Shown here piece after piece: positions 38,701-48,078 of a stretch of 64,000 nt of DNA; position 1 is the stretch's first letter; every line of letters begins with the position of its first letter. The notes under the pieces were generated by a model. It was not told the DNA's origin. It was given only the letters and a program-made list of their open reading frames with translations, and did no database searches. The stretch comes from a virus. Position numbers and translations under genes: made by a program. The DNA is taken from the IMG/VR virus record IMGVR_UViG_3300006141_000001; one strand, 5' to 3'.

Positions 38701-39450
38701 CCTGGTGTCACGCCTGTAGTGTGTGACCAGTATCTATGGGATGGTACAAAATGGAACCAGTTAGACTCAAGCAAAGTGTCATTACAGTTTAATTGGGGAA
38801 GCCTGCAAGGCAAGCCTGCTTCTACCCCGCTTTCCATAGATAATGCTGTTACTGTGGCACATTCCCACACCAATAAAACTGTATTAGATAAGATTGGGCA
38901 GTCCGCATCCGGGAATTTTACATATGACGGCGTTGAGATTGGAGTAAAAGTTATATTTTTAACAAATGAGAACTTGCTTCCTACTACCGGTGAAGAAGAT
39001 ACACTATATGTAATATATGAGGATTCCAGGGTAAGGAACTACCCTTCTATTTCTGTATGGAGGGGCGGATCATATCAAATTTTAGGCCGCGGCACACAGG
39101 ATGCCCCACCAGTCGTTGGGGATATGAGTATCCTGCAGTCTGAATATTTCTCTGTGGTAAAAGGGAGTAAATATAATATTACGGTTTCACCAAATCAATA
39201 TTTTGCATTTATGCCCGTGGAAATTTTAAAGGAAATCGAAGGACTTAAAGACCAACAGAAAGAAATTATTACTGTCAGTGATCCGTCCATGTTTTCTTAT
39301 AATGAGGATTTGCTGGACATTTCTGAGTCTACCAAATTAACGATATCAATAAAAGAAAAGGAAACCATATTAGATACTGTATCGAACTTCTATTTTTCAC
39401 ATATAGACATAAATTTAGATAACTACAAAGACATAGACAATATAGGCTAG
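35752..39450 (+). CDS. Large repeat-containing fibre/adhesin-like structural protein
   Basis: About 7 repeats EY.Q...Y.K..LVY....A....DFISD; VIGDGST; KGQANGYAPLDANGKVP. Confidence 0.7.
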   Translation: MGILLADNFTYKAKKPIDSRIVCDTVADMVSLAESTIYEGILVYNKETEKFYVFKSNNVAAPVLGKWEEFNSSSSPTYDTHSVEYKHGTQYKKGNLVVLDGRLYIALADFISDVSGSTLEDSLAGDIGNGNLTSVYVDTDTNCKEYKQNYAYTETDLVRYDNNLYFVNAGFISDATEANSDDAFNADIQAGHLIPVDGDGGNAQVLEYAQNTGFKKNSLVYLGKSMARAENDFTSDNTKPTIQESFDLDLNSGNLSFISTGETAVVAYSSETDYKENTLVYLNDKIARVEHDFKSSDISNLVMECFEDDIKNNRINLINTDHVDIMNEYSYGNMYFKDTLVYHGNLIARVLKDFISDVTVGNTLNDSFDSDITSGNILILNKEAEPGIKPYKQNTFFVKDKLVFADGRIACVLNDYISDNTATTIEESINIDIANGNLREMRENYKFKLYKTSKDMDKAIDAINIIPINTITFENGENAQNMRINEGVYGPLGTLALIKEIDANLGIIKAKTVNSREMEFMPPAPNTYEYAVILQGTGYSVGETVPTSLPNVNAKVVSVDTSGGITGVSYTGDTITNANGTGASVDAEIIFHVGNGKQWYELPQNKKNAVIKEYVQGESYEKDNLIYLDDILARALQDFISDSSLPNTEDSFNFDKDSGNITRMTREDVNVPECLGSVKTDSVADLPPIAIKGNWVLIEDCVSSAPGQAGIGLYNGTTWDISPIPQGTFTFPEPNSDGKLYFRKVDIGNTNGQWEMFSSVDGNEIDIIVKTKNDLTDNTYVPKKNELIWDSNREILVIGDGSTSLGGLKEFYGQGVTSADILAAIGYAPEDSASKGQANGYAPLDANGKVPAGNLPDSLTDTYSKTEIDSKDTAITTAVAGLVNTEATRAKGIESTLRSDLDAHVSDTVKHVTQPDRDRWDAKVEDSDLTLYDNHITDTVIHVTQSDKDKWDGMNKAYYVTSISDLPSTGNQIGNIGYVQVSAPGVTPVVCDQYLWDGTKWNQLDSSKVSLQFNWGSLQGKPASTPLSIDNAVTVAHSHTNKTVLDKIGQSASGNFTYDGVEIGVKVIFLTNENLLPTTGEEDTLYVIYEDSRVRNYPSISVWRGGSYQILGRGTQDAPPVVGDMSILQSEYFSVVKGSKYNITVSPNQYFAFMPVEILKEIEGLKDQQKEIITVSDPSMFSYNEDLLDISESTKLTISIKEKETILDTVSNFYFSHIDINLDNYKDIDNIG

Positions 39451-39462
39451 GAAGGAGAAAAA

Positions 39463-41190
39463 ATGGGAAAGATTTTACAGTTTAAATCCTGTGCTGTTGG
39501 CGGGGAATTTAATGGCCTTGGTACAGTGACCCCTTCCAGCTATGGATATATAAATGTGCAGACCCCTGCAAATATAGTCAGCCATATAAGCGCCTGTTAT
39601 GCTAATGATCCTAATTTGGCTGGTAAAGTAACTGGCATAGGCTATGGATGGCAGAAATATATAGTGCCTTCTTCTGGAAAGGTAAAATTCACGGTAAGGG
39701 GGGCTGCTGGCGGATCGACTGGAAAATCAGGCTATTCAATAAACCCTATAACAGGGGCTGTGTCTGGAAGCGGAAACAGGCCTGGCCGTGGGGCAAAAAT
39801 TGTTGGAATATCAAAGCTAAATAAGAATGATATTTTATATATCCTTGTTGGTATGCGCGGCTGGTGCAACAATGGCAATGACTGGGGTTCTGGAGGCGGA
39901 GGTGCTTCTGTTGTCTTAAAAGACAATCCATCAGGAACCTATACATTGGCCCCGCTTAACAGAAAAGTGGAGGTATTGTTTGTTGCAGGCGGTGGCGGCG
40001 GATGTTTTGATTCATCTTTCGGAACTGCTTATTATGGCGGTGATGCTGTTGTGACAAATGGAACTAACACAAACGGAGGGTCTGCATCTGGCGGATCTGG
40101 TGGGGCAGGATTGACTGGGAATGGCGCAAAAGGAAATGGCCCCAGTGCAGCATATAGCCTGCTTTCTGGTTCAGCCCAGTCAAGCTCTATATATGCCATC
40201 CATTATGGGGGATGGGGCGGCGGCGGATGCTCATACGATGGGGGCGGTGGCGGCGCTGGCTATTCTGGAGGCAATGCCTGGGGCAATAACAAAGGAGGCG
40301 CAGGCGGAACTTCTTACATAAACCCAAATCTTTGCGAAGAAATTTCACGGGGATATGCTACCGTTGAAGCTGATTCAGGACGTAACTTAACCAACCCATG
40401 GGCTGCATATGGCTTCGTTGAATTAGAATTAGGCCGTGACGAAGGGAAATACATTATAGCAAAAGATGCGGAAGGATATAAATATTTTGATGGGGCTGAG
40501 TGTATTGACGGCACAATAAATACGTCATTTACAAATCAATGGCAGTTAATTGGGTCGCAATCCACTCCTGATGAGGACACATATGCAGAATATGGGAATA
40601 CAATCATCAATAACCGTACAGGACTTTTAGACGATGCACGTTTTCTTGTCATGTCAAAAAACCCAAAAGAAACCATCAATATTTCTGGGCATGTTAATGG
40701 CGCATTGGTTGAGCAGACACAGGATGTAAGCATTTCAGATATTTCCCTGATAAAAAGCATCACGTCAACGCATAATGTCGATAACTTAGACGTGAGGTTC
40801 GCCATGTCAAAAGACAATGGGAAGACATGGCAAACTTATAATTCTGGAAGCTGGGATAACATTGACATACATAACAAACAGGAATTTATGAATAATGGAT
40901 GGAGCCTCGCCCAATTCTCTACAATTCCATTGGAAGACTGGAATAGCTATAAAGCTAAAACAATACGCTTTGCGGCATGTGTTACGCAGAATGGGGCAAA
41001 CGGGAAGACTGTCCTGGATAATATAAGGGAAATAGCAGACCTTGTGGGGTCGTGGAGGCATTTTAAAGAATCTGAGGCCACATATGAATATATATCTGAT
41101 ACGGAACTTAGGGTCACATTCTTAGAGGGGGGAAATTACAAAGTAAATTATTTGGACTCATTAAATCCATCCATAACCCCTGCATCTTAA
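39463..41190 (+). CDS. Glycine-rich domain structural protein
   Basis: GAAGG, GSGGGGASVV, VAGGGGG, GGGGAGYSGG, GAGGTSY (polyGly-II bundle type). Confidence 0.75.
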   Translation: MGKILQFKSCAVGGEFNGLGTVTPSSYGYINVQTPANIVSHISACYANDPNLAGKVTGIGYGWQKYIVPSSGKVKFTVRGAAGGSTGKSGYSINPITGAVSGSGNRPGRGAKIVGISKLNKNDILYILVGMRGWCNNGNDWGSGGGGASVVLKDNPSGTYTLAPLNRKVEVLFVAGGGGGCFDSSFGTAYYGGDAVVTNGTNTNGGSASGGSGGAGLTGNGAKGNGPSAAYSLLSGSAQSSSIYAIHYGGWGGGGCSYDGGGGGAGYSGGNAWGNNKGGAGGTSYINPNLCEEISRGYATVEADSGRNLTNPWAAYGFVELELGRDEGKYIIAKDAEGYKYFDGAECIDGTINTSFTNQWQLIGSQSTPDEDTYAEYGNTIINNRTGLLDDARFLVMSKNPKETINISGHVNGALVEQTQDVSISDISLIKSITSTHNVDNLDVRFAMSKDNGKTWQTYNSGSWDNIDIHNKQEFMNNGWSLAQFSTIPLEDWNSYKAKTIRFAACVTQNGANGKTVLDNIREIADLVGSWRHFKESEATYEYISDTELRVTFLEGGNYKVNYLDSLNPSITPAS

Positions 41191-41250
41191 TTATTTTAAG
41201 CACCTTAGATAAAATCTAGGGTGCTATATTATCATATGGGGAGGAATCAG

Positions 41251-41865
41251 ATGGACGAAAATAAAAAAGCAATAGACCTGGAATTGATGAGTTATTATGA
41301 TACAAAAGTAAAATTCTGGGCATTGAATGAAATAGAAAAAAACACAGAAGAAGTTACTGAATTAGTTAAAAACTGTAACATCTGGGAACTGAATGAGGGG
41401 AATTATGTGGCAAAATCAGCATTAAAATGTTCATTAGATGTAGATAATTATATAATGCTTGGCGGCTTGAATACTAAGGCGAAAGTGACCAGGAAAGATA
41501 ATTATAATTATTACATGGTATTAGATGAAAAAGATTCTGGTTCCCTTATATTAGCGTTTGGCTTTGTGGAATGCGCTACTGGCGTAGGCCAACGTACAAT
41601 ATTTGATTTTGGGAATATCTTATCTGATATTACAATATTAAAAAATGATGTTGTGATTAAATCAGGATCCATAACATCTTATGAACTTGCGGATAATTCT
41701 ATCATTACTGAGAAAATCGATGATAAAGCTGTCACGCTAGATAAACTGGCAGATAATGTTGTAAATACATTTGATATAAAAGGCTCAGCAGATGCTGCGG
41801 CAAACACGGCATTGGTATCTGCAAAAGAGTATGCTGACGATAAGTTTTCTTGGGGAAGTTTTTAG
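41251..41865 (+). CDS. Fibre-associated protein
   Basis: SIITEKIDDKAVTLDKLA, GSADAA...SAKEYAD, C-terminal WGSF. Confidence 0.6.
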   Translation: MDENKKAIDLELMSYYDTKVKFWALNEIEKNTEEVTELVKNCNIWELNEGNYVAKSALKCSLDVDNYIMLGGLNTKAKVTRKDNYNYYMVLDEKDSGSLILAFGFVECATGVGQRTIFDFGNILSDITILKNDVVIKSGSITSYELADNSIITEKIDDKAVTLDKLADNVVNTFDIKGSADAAANTALVSAKEYADDKFSWGSF

Positions 41866-41886
41866 AGAAAGGGGGTTTAGTGAAAC

Positions 41887-44655
41887 GTGGCGTTAAATTT
41901 TTTAAAAGGGGAGCAATCCACATATAACAGTATGCCAAGTAAAAGTCCTGAAACTTTTTATTTGACAGAGACTAACTTATATTTAGGAAACATTCAATTA
42001 AATAATCAATGCCTTATTGGTGATTTAAGGGATTTGGCAACTGCTGATAAAGAAAACTTAGTGAATGCTATAAATGAAGTAATTACCGAATTGGCTACAA
42101 AAGCAGATTTAGTAAGCCCAAGTTTGACTGGTACTCCTACTGCTCCAACAGCTTTGGAATCTTCAAATGATACTACACTTGCAAACACCAAATTTGTCAA
42201 AACCGCAATTGCAAATTTAATCAATGGCGCACCAACTACATTGGACACATTGAAGGAATTAGCTGATGCTATTACTGCAAATAAAACAATTATTGAGGCA
42301 CTTCATGATGCAATTGGCAATAAAGTGGATAAAGTAGAAGGGAAAGTATTATCTTCAAATGACTATACAGATGTGGAAAAGGCAAAATTAAATGGGATCC
42401 AAAGTGGCGCAGAAGCCAATGTTCAGCCTGACTGGAATGAGACGGTTACGACTCACAATGCTTATATTAAGAATAAGCCAAATTTTCTTGTATCTGGCAC
42501 TCAGACTGTTACTGCCACTGCTGATGGCGGTGTCAATACATATACATTTACAAATAGCAACGGCACTACTTCTACTTTTAACGTGAAGAACGGATCCAAG
42601 GGTTCTAAAGGCGACCCAGGCGAAAAGGGAACAAAAGGTGATACTGGAGCAGCTGGCGTAAGGGGTTCATATATTTATCAAGGTACTGGGATTACTGGCA
42701 CTTCTACTGTTGAAACTGTATTTAGTAATTCTGGTATTACGAACGCTTTGATTAATGATGTTTACATCAATAATAAAACTTCTATGGTTTACCAATGTAC
42801 GGTTAGCGGGGATGCTTCTATGGCTAAATGGGTATATAAAGGTTGTATAAAAGGAAATAGAGGATCTTCTATTTTTGTTTCAACTGGCGATCTGAATTAT
42901 GCTGATGCAACATCTTCATTCAAATTAACTGAAAGTGAAATACCATACTTTTTAAACGGAACTTTTCCTGAAATGCTTGATTTATGTATTAGCACAAGCA
43001 CATTCAATATAGTTAGATGCGTTAGTGCTTATGGAGATCCAAGTAGTTCTTACAATTCATTTAAAAATTCTGAGTGGGAATATGTTGGATGCATAAGGGA
43101 TAATGATTCTGGTAGTTCTATTTTGGTTGGGGAAACTAGTGGAAATTTTACTAGTTTGGGTCAAAATATAAGTTATTCTGCAAATAATGGACGTGTAATA
43201 TCTAGCGTTTTAATAGGGTATGATCATAATATTGTAACACCGAATACAACTACAAATAATATTTTTATCGGTCATGGAATTACGTCTCGTACAAATCAAA
43301 GTTATTATACAAATTCAAATATAATAGCTATCGGATCTGGAATAGGAATAAATGCAACTAGTGTTGGTAGTGTTTTAATTGGACAAAATGTTAAATCAAA
43401 TTCTAAGCATACTGTTTTGATTGGCACTAATGTATGTACAGCTTATTGTAATTCTTCATTTGGCGGTAGTGGTCAAATACTTATAGGATATAATACTTCA
43501 TCAGGTAATTTTGGGTATGACGTTGTAATAGGTTCGGGTGCTTTATCAAGAGAAGGACATAGTATAGTTATTGGTTGTAGTTCAAAAGCTATCAGTTCCA
43601 GCAGTGTTGCCATAGGAGATTCTGCATATTCTTCTATTCCTTGTTCTGTAACTATTGGTTACAGAGCTTGTACTTATGGTTCAGCTACCGGCAGATCTAT
43701 GATTGCAATAGGAACTAATTCTCGTGCAAGTGGAAATTATTATAGTATAGCAATAGGCGAGAATGCATGTGCATTATTTAGTGGAAATAACACGATTAGC
43801 GGAAGTTCTGCAATAGCTATTGGGACTGCTGCTTGTGCATTGAGTTCTCAATCTATAGGTATTGGAAGTGGTGCATATGTAAGTGTTAATTCAAACTGCT
43901 CAATAACAATAGGCAGAACTACTGCCCCTACTTATGGAATATTTAGTAATTCACCTAATTCAATTGTTATTGGAACAAATTCTGTAATAAGAGGAAATTC
44001 GCCTAATTCAATTGTTATTGGAACAAAGTCTTCAATATCTATTAATTCGCTAAGTTCAATTGCAATTGGGGATAATGCCAATGTACAAGCTAGTTTTTCA
44101 ATTGCAATAGGTCACAATGCAACGACATCAAACGCAAATTCCATTCAATTAGGAGACAATGCAAATCTCAGCTCCATCACAGCAAAAGTAGAATTGACTG
44201 TCACATCAGATGAGCGAGACAAAATAGATATTAAACCTATTGATTATGGGGCAATTAAATTCCTAAATAAAATAGAACCAATTACATATCACTCAAATCA
44301 GCGCATTCTTTATATTGACAATGACGAGAATTTATCAGAAGAGGATAAAGAAAATAAGTCAAAATACGGTATATGTAATTATAACCGCAAAGAACATGCT
44401 AAAGGCACAAAAAAAGGCTCAAGGTTAAGGGTTGGCGTATCAGCGCAAGGAGTACAGAAAGCATTAGAGGAAGCGTACGGCACATCCTCATATGCAAACC
44501 TTGTAAATGATAACCTTTTCGATTTTAATAAAGATGAAATACCTGAAGGGATTGAATCACAATTAGCGGTCAACTATCCTGGATTCGTGCCATTTTTAAT
44601 AAAGGCAGTCCAGGAACTGTCTCAAAGATTAGATAAATTGGAGGGAAAAGCATAA
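41887..44655 (+). CDS. Tail fibre: collagen-like segment, YadA-head-like repeats, C-terminal intramolecular chaperone (S74-like)
   Basis: SPSLTGTPTAPT, GAPTTLDTLKELA, GxxGxx, many S.AIG repeats, TSDERDK...GVSAQ...FLIKAVQEL. Confidence 0.88.
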   Translation: MALNFLKGEQSTYNSMPSKSPETFYLTETNLYLGNIQLNNQCLIGDLRDLATADKENLVNAINEVITELATKADLVSPSLTGTPTAPTALESSNDTTLANTKFVKTAIANLINGAPTTLDTLKELADAITANKTIIEALHDAIGNKVDKVEGKVLSSNDYTDVEKAKLNGIQSGAEANVQPDWNETVTTHNAYIKNKPNFLVSGTQTVTATADGGVNTYTFTNSNGTTSTFNVKNGSKGSKGDPGEKGTKGDTGAAGVRGSYIYQGTGITGTSTVETVFSNSGITNALINDVYINNKTSMVYQCTVSGDASMAKWVYKGCIKGNRGSSIFVSTGDLNYADATSSFKLTESEIPYFLNGTFPEMLDLCISTSTFNIVRCVSAYGDPSSSYNSFKNSEWEYVGCIRDNDSGSSILVGETSGNFTSLGQNISYSANNGRVISSVLIGYDHNIVTPNTTTNNIFIGHGITSRTNQSYYTNSNIIAIGSGIGINATSVGSVLIGQNVKSNSKHTVLIGTNVCTAYCNSSFGGSGQILIGYNTSSGNFGYDVVIGSGALSREGHSIVIGCSSKAISSSSVAIGDSAYSSIPCSVTIGYRACTYGSATGRSMIAIGTNSRASGNYYSIAIGENACALFSGNNTISGSSAIAIGTAACALSSQSIGIGSGAYVSVNSNCSITIGRTTAPTYGIFSNSPNSIVIGTNSVIRGNSPNSIVIGTKSSISINSLSSIAIGDNANVQASFSIAIGHNATTSNANSIQLGDNANLSSITAKVELTVTSDERDKIDIKPIDYGAIKFLNKIEPITYHSNQRILYIDNDENLSEEDKENKSKYGICNYNRKEHAKGTKKGSRLRVGVSAQGVQKALEEAYGTSSYANLVNDNLFDFNKDEIPEGIESQLAVNYPGFVPFLIKAVQELSQRLDKLEGKA

Positions 44656-44656
44656 T

Positions 44657-45640
44657 TTGAGGAAATTTTTGAGTATCATTATACCACGATACAAGGAAAC
44701 TGAAAAAGAAATCTTCCCGCTCTTGACAAGCATCACTAACCAGACTGGGATTGACTTTTCAGATATTGAGGTCATTATAGCCACCGATGGGGAAGGCGGG
44801 AATTCTTTAGATCAAAATTTTTTAAAATTGTTTGATGTAGATATTAAGCAGATTAAAAATAATGGGAAAAACATGGGGCCAGGCGTGACACGCCAGCAAG
44901 GGCTGGATGCTGCGTCAGGGGATTATGTAATGTTCTGTGACGCAGATGATGTCCTACATAATGTCGGCGTACTTGGCGCATTGATTAAGGAAGCAGAGGA
45001 TACCGTTCCTGACATTTTATGCACGTCATGGATAGAAGAAAATTACGACCAAAATGGAAATTATGTTTATATTACACACGAGATTGAAAATACATGGATG
45101 CATGGGAAACTGTTGCGCAGGAGATTCTTGCGGCAGAACAATATCCGTTTCCATAATGAATTAAGAGTCCATGAAGACAGTTATTTTCTTTGTATAGCAG
45201 AAAGCTCATCCAAAAGCCATCGGTATCTGCCAATCACCTCATACGTATGGAAATATCACCCAGACAGTATCACGCGCAGGAATAATGCAGTCTACACATA
45301 TGACAGCATCCCAGAGTTCATCCGTGCATGTAGCCTCGCACACAAGGAAATTGAGAAAAGGCATCCAGAGCAGATGGAGGGAAAAATTGTGCAGTTCATC
45401 CTGTATAATTATTTCAGCTTCCATCTGCCAAATTGGCAGGAAGAAAGCGTCAAAGAGTATTTAAAGAAGGGCGAAGAGACTTTTGTTGAATATATCAGAC
45501 CAATGTTTCATTACTGGACGGATGCAAAGGAAGATGTCATTGCGAATATATACAACGAAGAACGCAACCGTACATTCAAAGGGGCTGTGGAAACAGAGAC
45601 AATTCAAGAATGGTTCAAAAGGTTAGGCTTAATAGAATAA
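44657..45640 (+). CDS. Glycosyltransferase family 2
   Basis: LSIIIP, ATDG, GPGVTRQQGL, YVMFCDADD, HED. Confidence 0.9.
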   Translation: MRKFLSIIIPRYKETEKEIFPLLTSITNQTGIDFSDIEVIIATDGEGGNSLDQNFLKLFDVDIKQIKNNGKNMGPGVTRQQGLDAASGDYVMFCDADDVLHNVGVLGALIKEAEDTVPDILCTSWIEENYDQNGNYVYITHEIENTWMHGKLLRRRFLRQNNIRFHNELRVHEDSYFLCIAESSSKSHRYLPITSYVWKYHPDSITRRNNAVYTYDSIPEFIRACSLAHKEIEKRHPEQMEGKIVQFILYNYFSFHLPNWQEESVKEYLKKGEETFVEYIRPMFHYWTDAKEDVIANIYNEERNRTFKGAVETETIQEWFKRLGLIE

Positions 45641-45659
45641 ATATTCTATAAAAAATCAT

Positions 45660-45688
45660 TTGACAATTATTATCATTTGTCTTATAAT
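45660..45688 (+). promoter_or_regulatory. Consensus sigma-A promoter of moron
   Basis: TTGACA-17 nt-TATAAT. Confidence 0.8.
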
Positions 45689-45735
45689 ATTAACATTAGT
45701 ACAATAAGAAAAAATATTATAAGAGGGTGATTGAT

Positions 45736-46785
45736 ATGTTTTCACAAATTATTCCAATTTTACTTTATTTCGTTAGTTTTATTTTATTGTTAGTTGCATT
45801 TATAACAATAGTTAAACAAAACGAAGGAAGTTTGAAAAAAGCTATTTTCGAATTACTTATTTCTATAATATCAGTTACTATTGGTTGTTATATTCAATTT
45901 GGTTTTGACTATATTAGCAACATTGTGTCAAATAAAACAAGTGTCGATAATAAAAGTAATGACACTTATGAAACAAATGATAATACGCAAGACAATAGGA
46001 CACAGGACAATAATAAAATGCAACATAAGCATACTGCTGATATGAAGAAAAAAGAAAATATTATTAACCCAACTTGCATTAAAACAGGTAGCTATGAATA
46101 TGTCATATATTGCAAATGCGGAGAAGAATTAAATAGAGAATTATTTACAATTGAAGCCAATGGACACAATTATATTGAAACTATAAATGAACCGAATTGT
46201 ACAGATCAAGGTTTTACAGAATACATTTGCAAAGAATGTAATGATAAATATTTCGATAATTACACCGATGCTCTTGGTCATGATTTTAATGAAGGTATTT
46301 GTACTCGATGTGGATATCAAAATCCGGACTTTATAATAAATAATAGTGAAGGAATAATGAAAATATTGTCAAATTCTGTAGTTAGTGATAGCGGAACATA
46401 TGCTTATTACATTGGATCCGAAAGTATAAGTGTTTTTGCAGAAGAATGTTACAATTGTTTTTCTATTAACACAGCTGTCAGCTATAATCTATGGGGAGGA
46501 AATGTCCAAAATGTTGTTTTTAACATTTCTAAACTTAACGAATTTAATGAATTACATTTTAACATTGGAGGAGAAACTGGTAGTAGTGGAACTATGGGAG
46601 TAGAGATATTTATAGATAAATCATTTGATGATTCTGCTGATTACATATATGAACTTGATGCTTCAGCCATACCTATTGACGCAAAAATAAATATTGCAAA
46701 TGCAACATCATTAGGAATTAAAGTAACAAATTATTCTAACAATGTAAACCGCTTAGTTTTTTACAATTTTTCAGGAAATATCTAA
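45736..46785 (+). CDS. Moron: membrane-anchored protein with Cys/His repeats and NPCBM-like C-terminus
   Basis: Two TM helices; PTCIKTG..Y.C.CG and PNCTDQGFTEYICKEC repeats; beta-rich C-terminus. Confidence 0.7.
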   Translation: MFSQIIPILLYFVSFILLLVAFITIVKQNEGSLKKAIFELLISIISVTIGCYIQFGFDYISNIVSNKTSVDNKSNDTYETNDNTQDNRTQDNNKMQHKHTADMKKKENIINPTCIKTGSYEYVIYCKCGEELNRELFTIEANGHNYIETINEPNCTDQGFTEYICKECNDKYFDNYTDALGHDFNEGICTRCGYQNPDFIINNSEGIMKILSNSVVSDSGTYAYYIGSESISVFAEECYNCFSINTAVSYNLWGGNVQNVVFNISKLNEFNELHFNIGGETGSSGTMGVEIFIDKSFDDSADYIYELDASAIPIDAKINIANATSLGIKVTNYSNNVNRLVFYNFSGNI

Positions 46786-46841
46786 CAAAATAACCAAATA
46801 CATAATTCACAATACTACTTAATTATATGTCCCAATATTTT

Positions 46842-46868
46842 GGCAGTAATAAGAATTACTGCCTTTTT
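46842..46868 (+). terminator. Rho-independent terminator
   Basis: GGCAGTAAT-AAGA-ATTACTGCC-TTTTT. Confidence 0.75.
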
Positions 46869-46894
46869 ATTATGCAAAAAGAGGAGGTGGCTAT

Positions 46895-48070
46895 TTGCCA
46901 AAAATTAAACAGCACATATCTGGCGATAGCTTAACGCCAGCAAATAAGCAGAAAGGGAACAAAAAATGCAATTTCTGCTACAAAGAAAAGAAACTGATTG
47001 ATTTTTATATCAGCAAAAGCCCATTATATTCTATTGACGGGCGCGTCCCAATATGCAAGGAATGTGTAATCAGCAATTCCTTAAATGATGACGGGACTAT
47101 TAATGAAATAAAATTAAACGAAATCTTAAAGATGATTGATAAGCCTTACTATAAAGATTCCTTAGAAGCCTCAGTAAAATCCTTTAAAAAGGAAAATTCT
47201 TATGTAATGGAAAGCGATGTGCCTTATTATGGAAAGGAAATCTTACAGAAGTATTTTAAGCAGATTGCCATGCAGCAAGACCGTTCAAAATCCTATGACG
47301 ATTCGGAAAAAGAAGGATTTATACATTTAAAGTCTAATACAAAAAAAAGAATAAAGGACGAGATAACTAAAAAATATTCTGATATAAAAACTGCCAGCAA
47401 TATTCAAGCTGATCCTCAAAAATCCCAAAACACCCAAAAATATAAAATACATGTAGACGATTTTGAAATTACTGATGAAATGGTCGGATTACTTGGTGAC
47501 GGGTTTACTAAAGAAGAATATAAAAAAATGTTTGAAAAATATAAGAAGCTGAGGATAAATTATTCCCTGCAGACAAACCTTCATCAGGAGGCACTCGTCA
47601 CTTATGTCAGGTTCAAAGTTAAGGAGGAAATAGCGACTGCCGAGGGGAATGTTGAGGAAGCAAAAAAATGGTATGACGCAGCACAGAAAGCGGCAAGCGA
47701 TGCAAAGCTTACGCCAAAACAGCTTACCCAGGCAGATTTACACGGGGGGATAAACAGTTTTTCTGAAATATTTAAGGCCGTTGAGCAGGCGGTGGACATA
47801 ATTCCAATCTTGCCACAGTTTAAATACAGGCCAAATGATGCGTGTGACTTTATAATCTGGTGCTATATAAATTACATAAGGGACTTGCAGGGACTGCCAC
47901 AATGCGAATATGAGGACGTGTATAAATTTTATGATAAGAGGAAGGGTGAATATATTGAACAATACGGAGACCCTTATGGGATTTTCGATGAAGACCCTAC
48001 TGAAGAGATGCGCCCTAATATAAAGAAGTTCATTACATTGCCAAAGGATTATCATGACATGGGGGTGTAA
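46895..48070 (+). CDS. Putative terminase small subunit (YonG-like) with N-terminal Zn finger
   Basis: CNFC...FY.S...ICKEC; directly upstream of large terminase. Confidence 0.6.
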   Translation: MPKIKQHISGDSLTPANKQKGNKKCNFCYKEKKLIDFYISKSPLYSIDGRVPICKECVISNSLNDDGTINEIKLNEILKMIDKPYYKDSLEASVKSFKKENSYVMESDVPYYGKEILQKYFKQIAMQQDRSKSYDDSEKEGFIHLKSNTKKRIKDEITKKYSDIKTASNIQADPQKSQNTQKYKIHVDDFEITDEMVGLLGDGFTKEEYKKMFEKYKKLRINYSLQTNLHQEALVTYVRFKVKEEIATAEGNVEEAKKWYDAAQKAASDAKLTPKQLTQADLHGGINSFSEIFKAVEQAVDIIPILPQFKYRPNDACDFIIWCYINYIRDLQGLPQCEYEDVYKFYDKRKGEYIEQYGDPYGIFDEDPTEEMRPNIKKFITLPKDYHDMGV

Positions 48071-48078
48071 ATTAAGGC

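Noticed and set aside
41887-44655. Diversity-generating retroelement target in the fibre gene
   Set aside because: No reverse transcriptase and no template/variable repeat pair differing at adenines seen in the window
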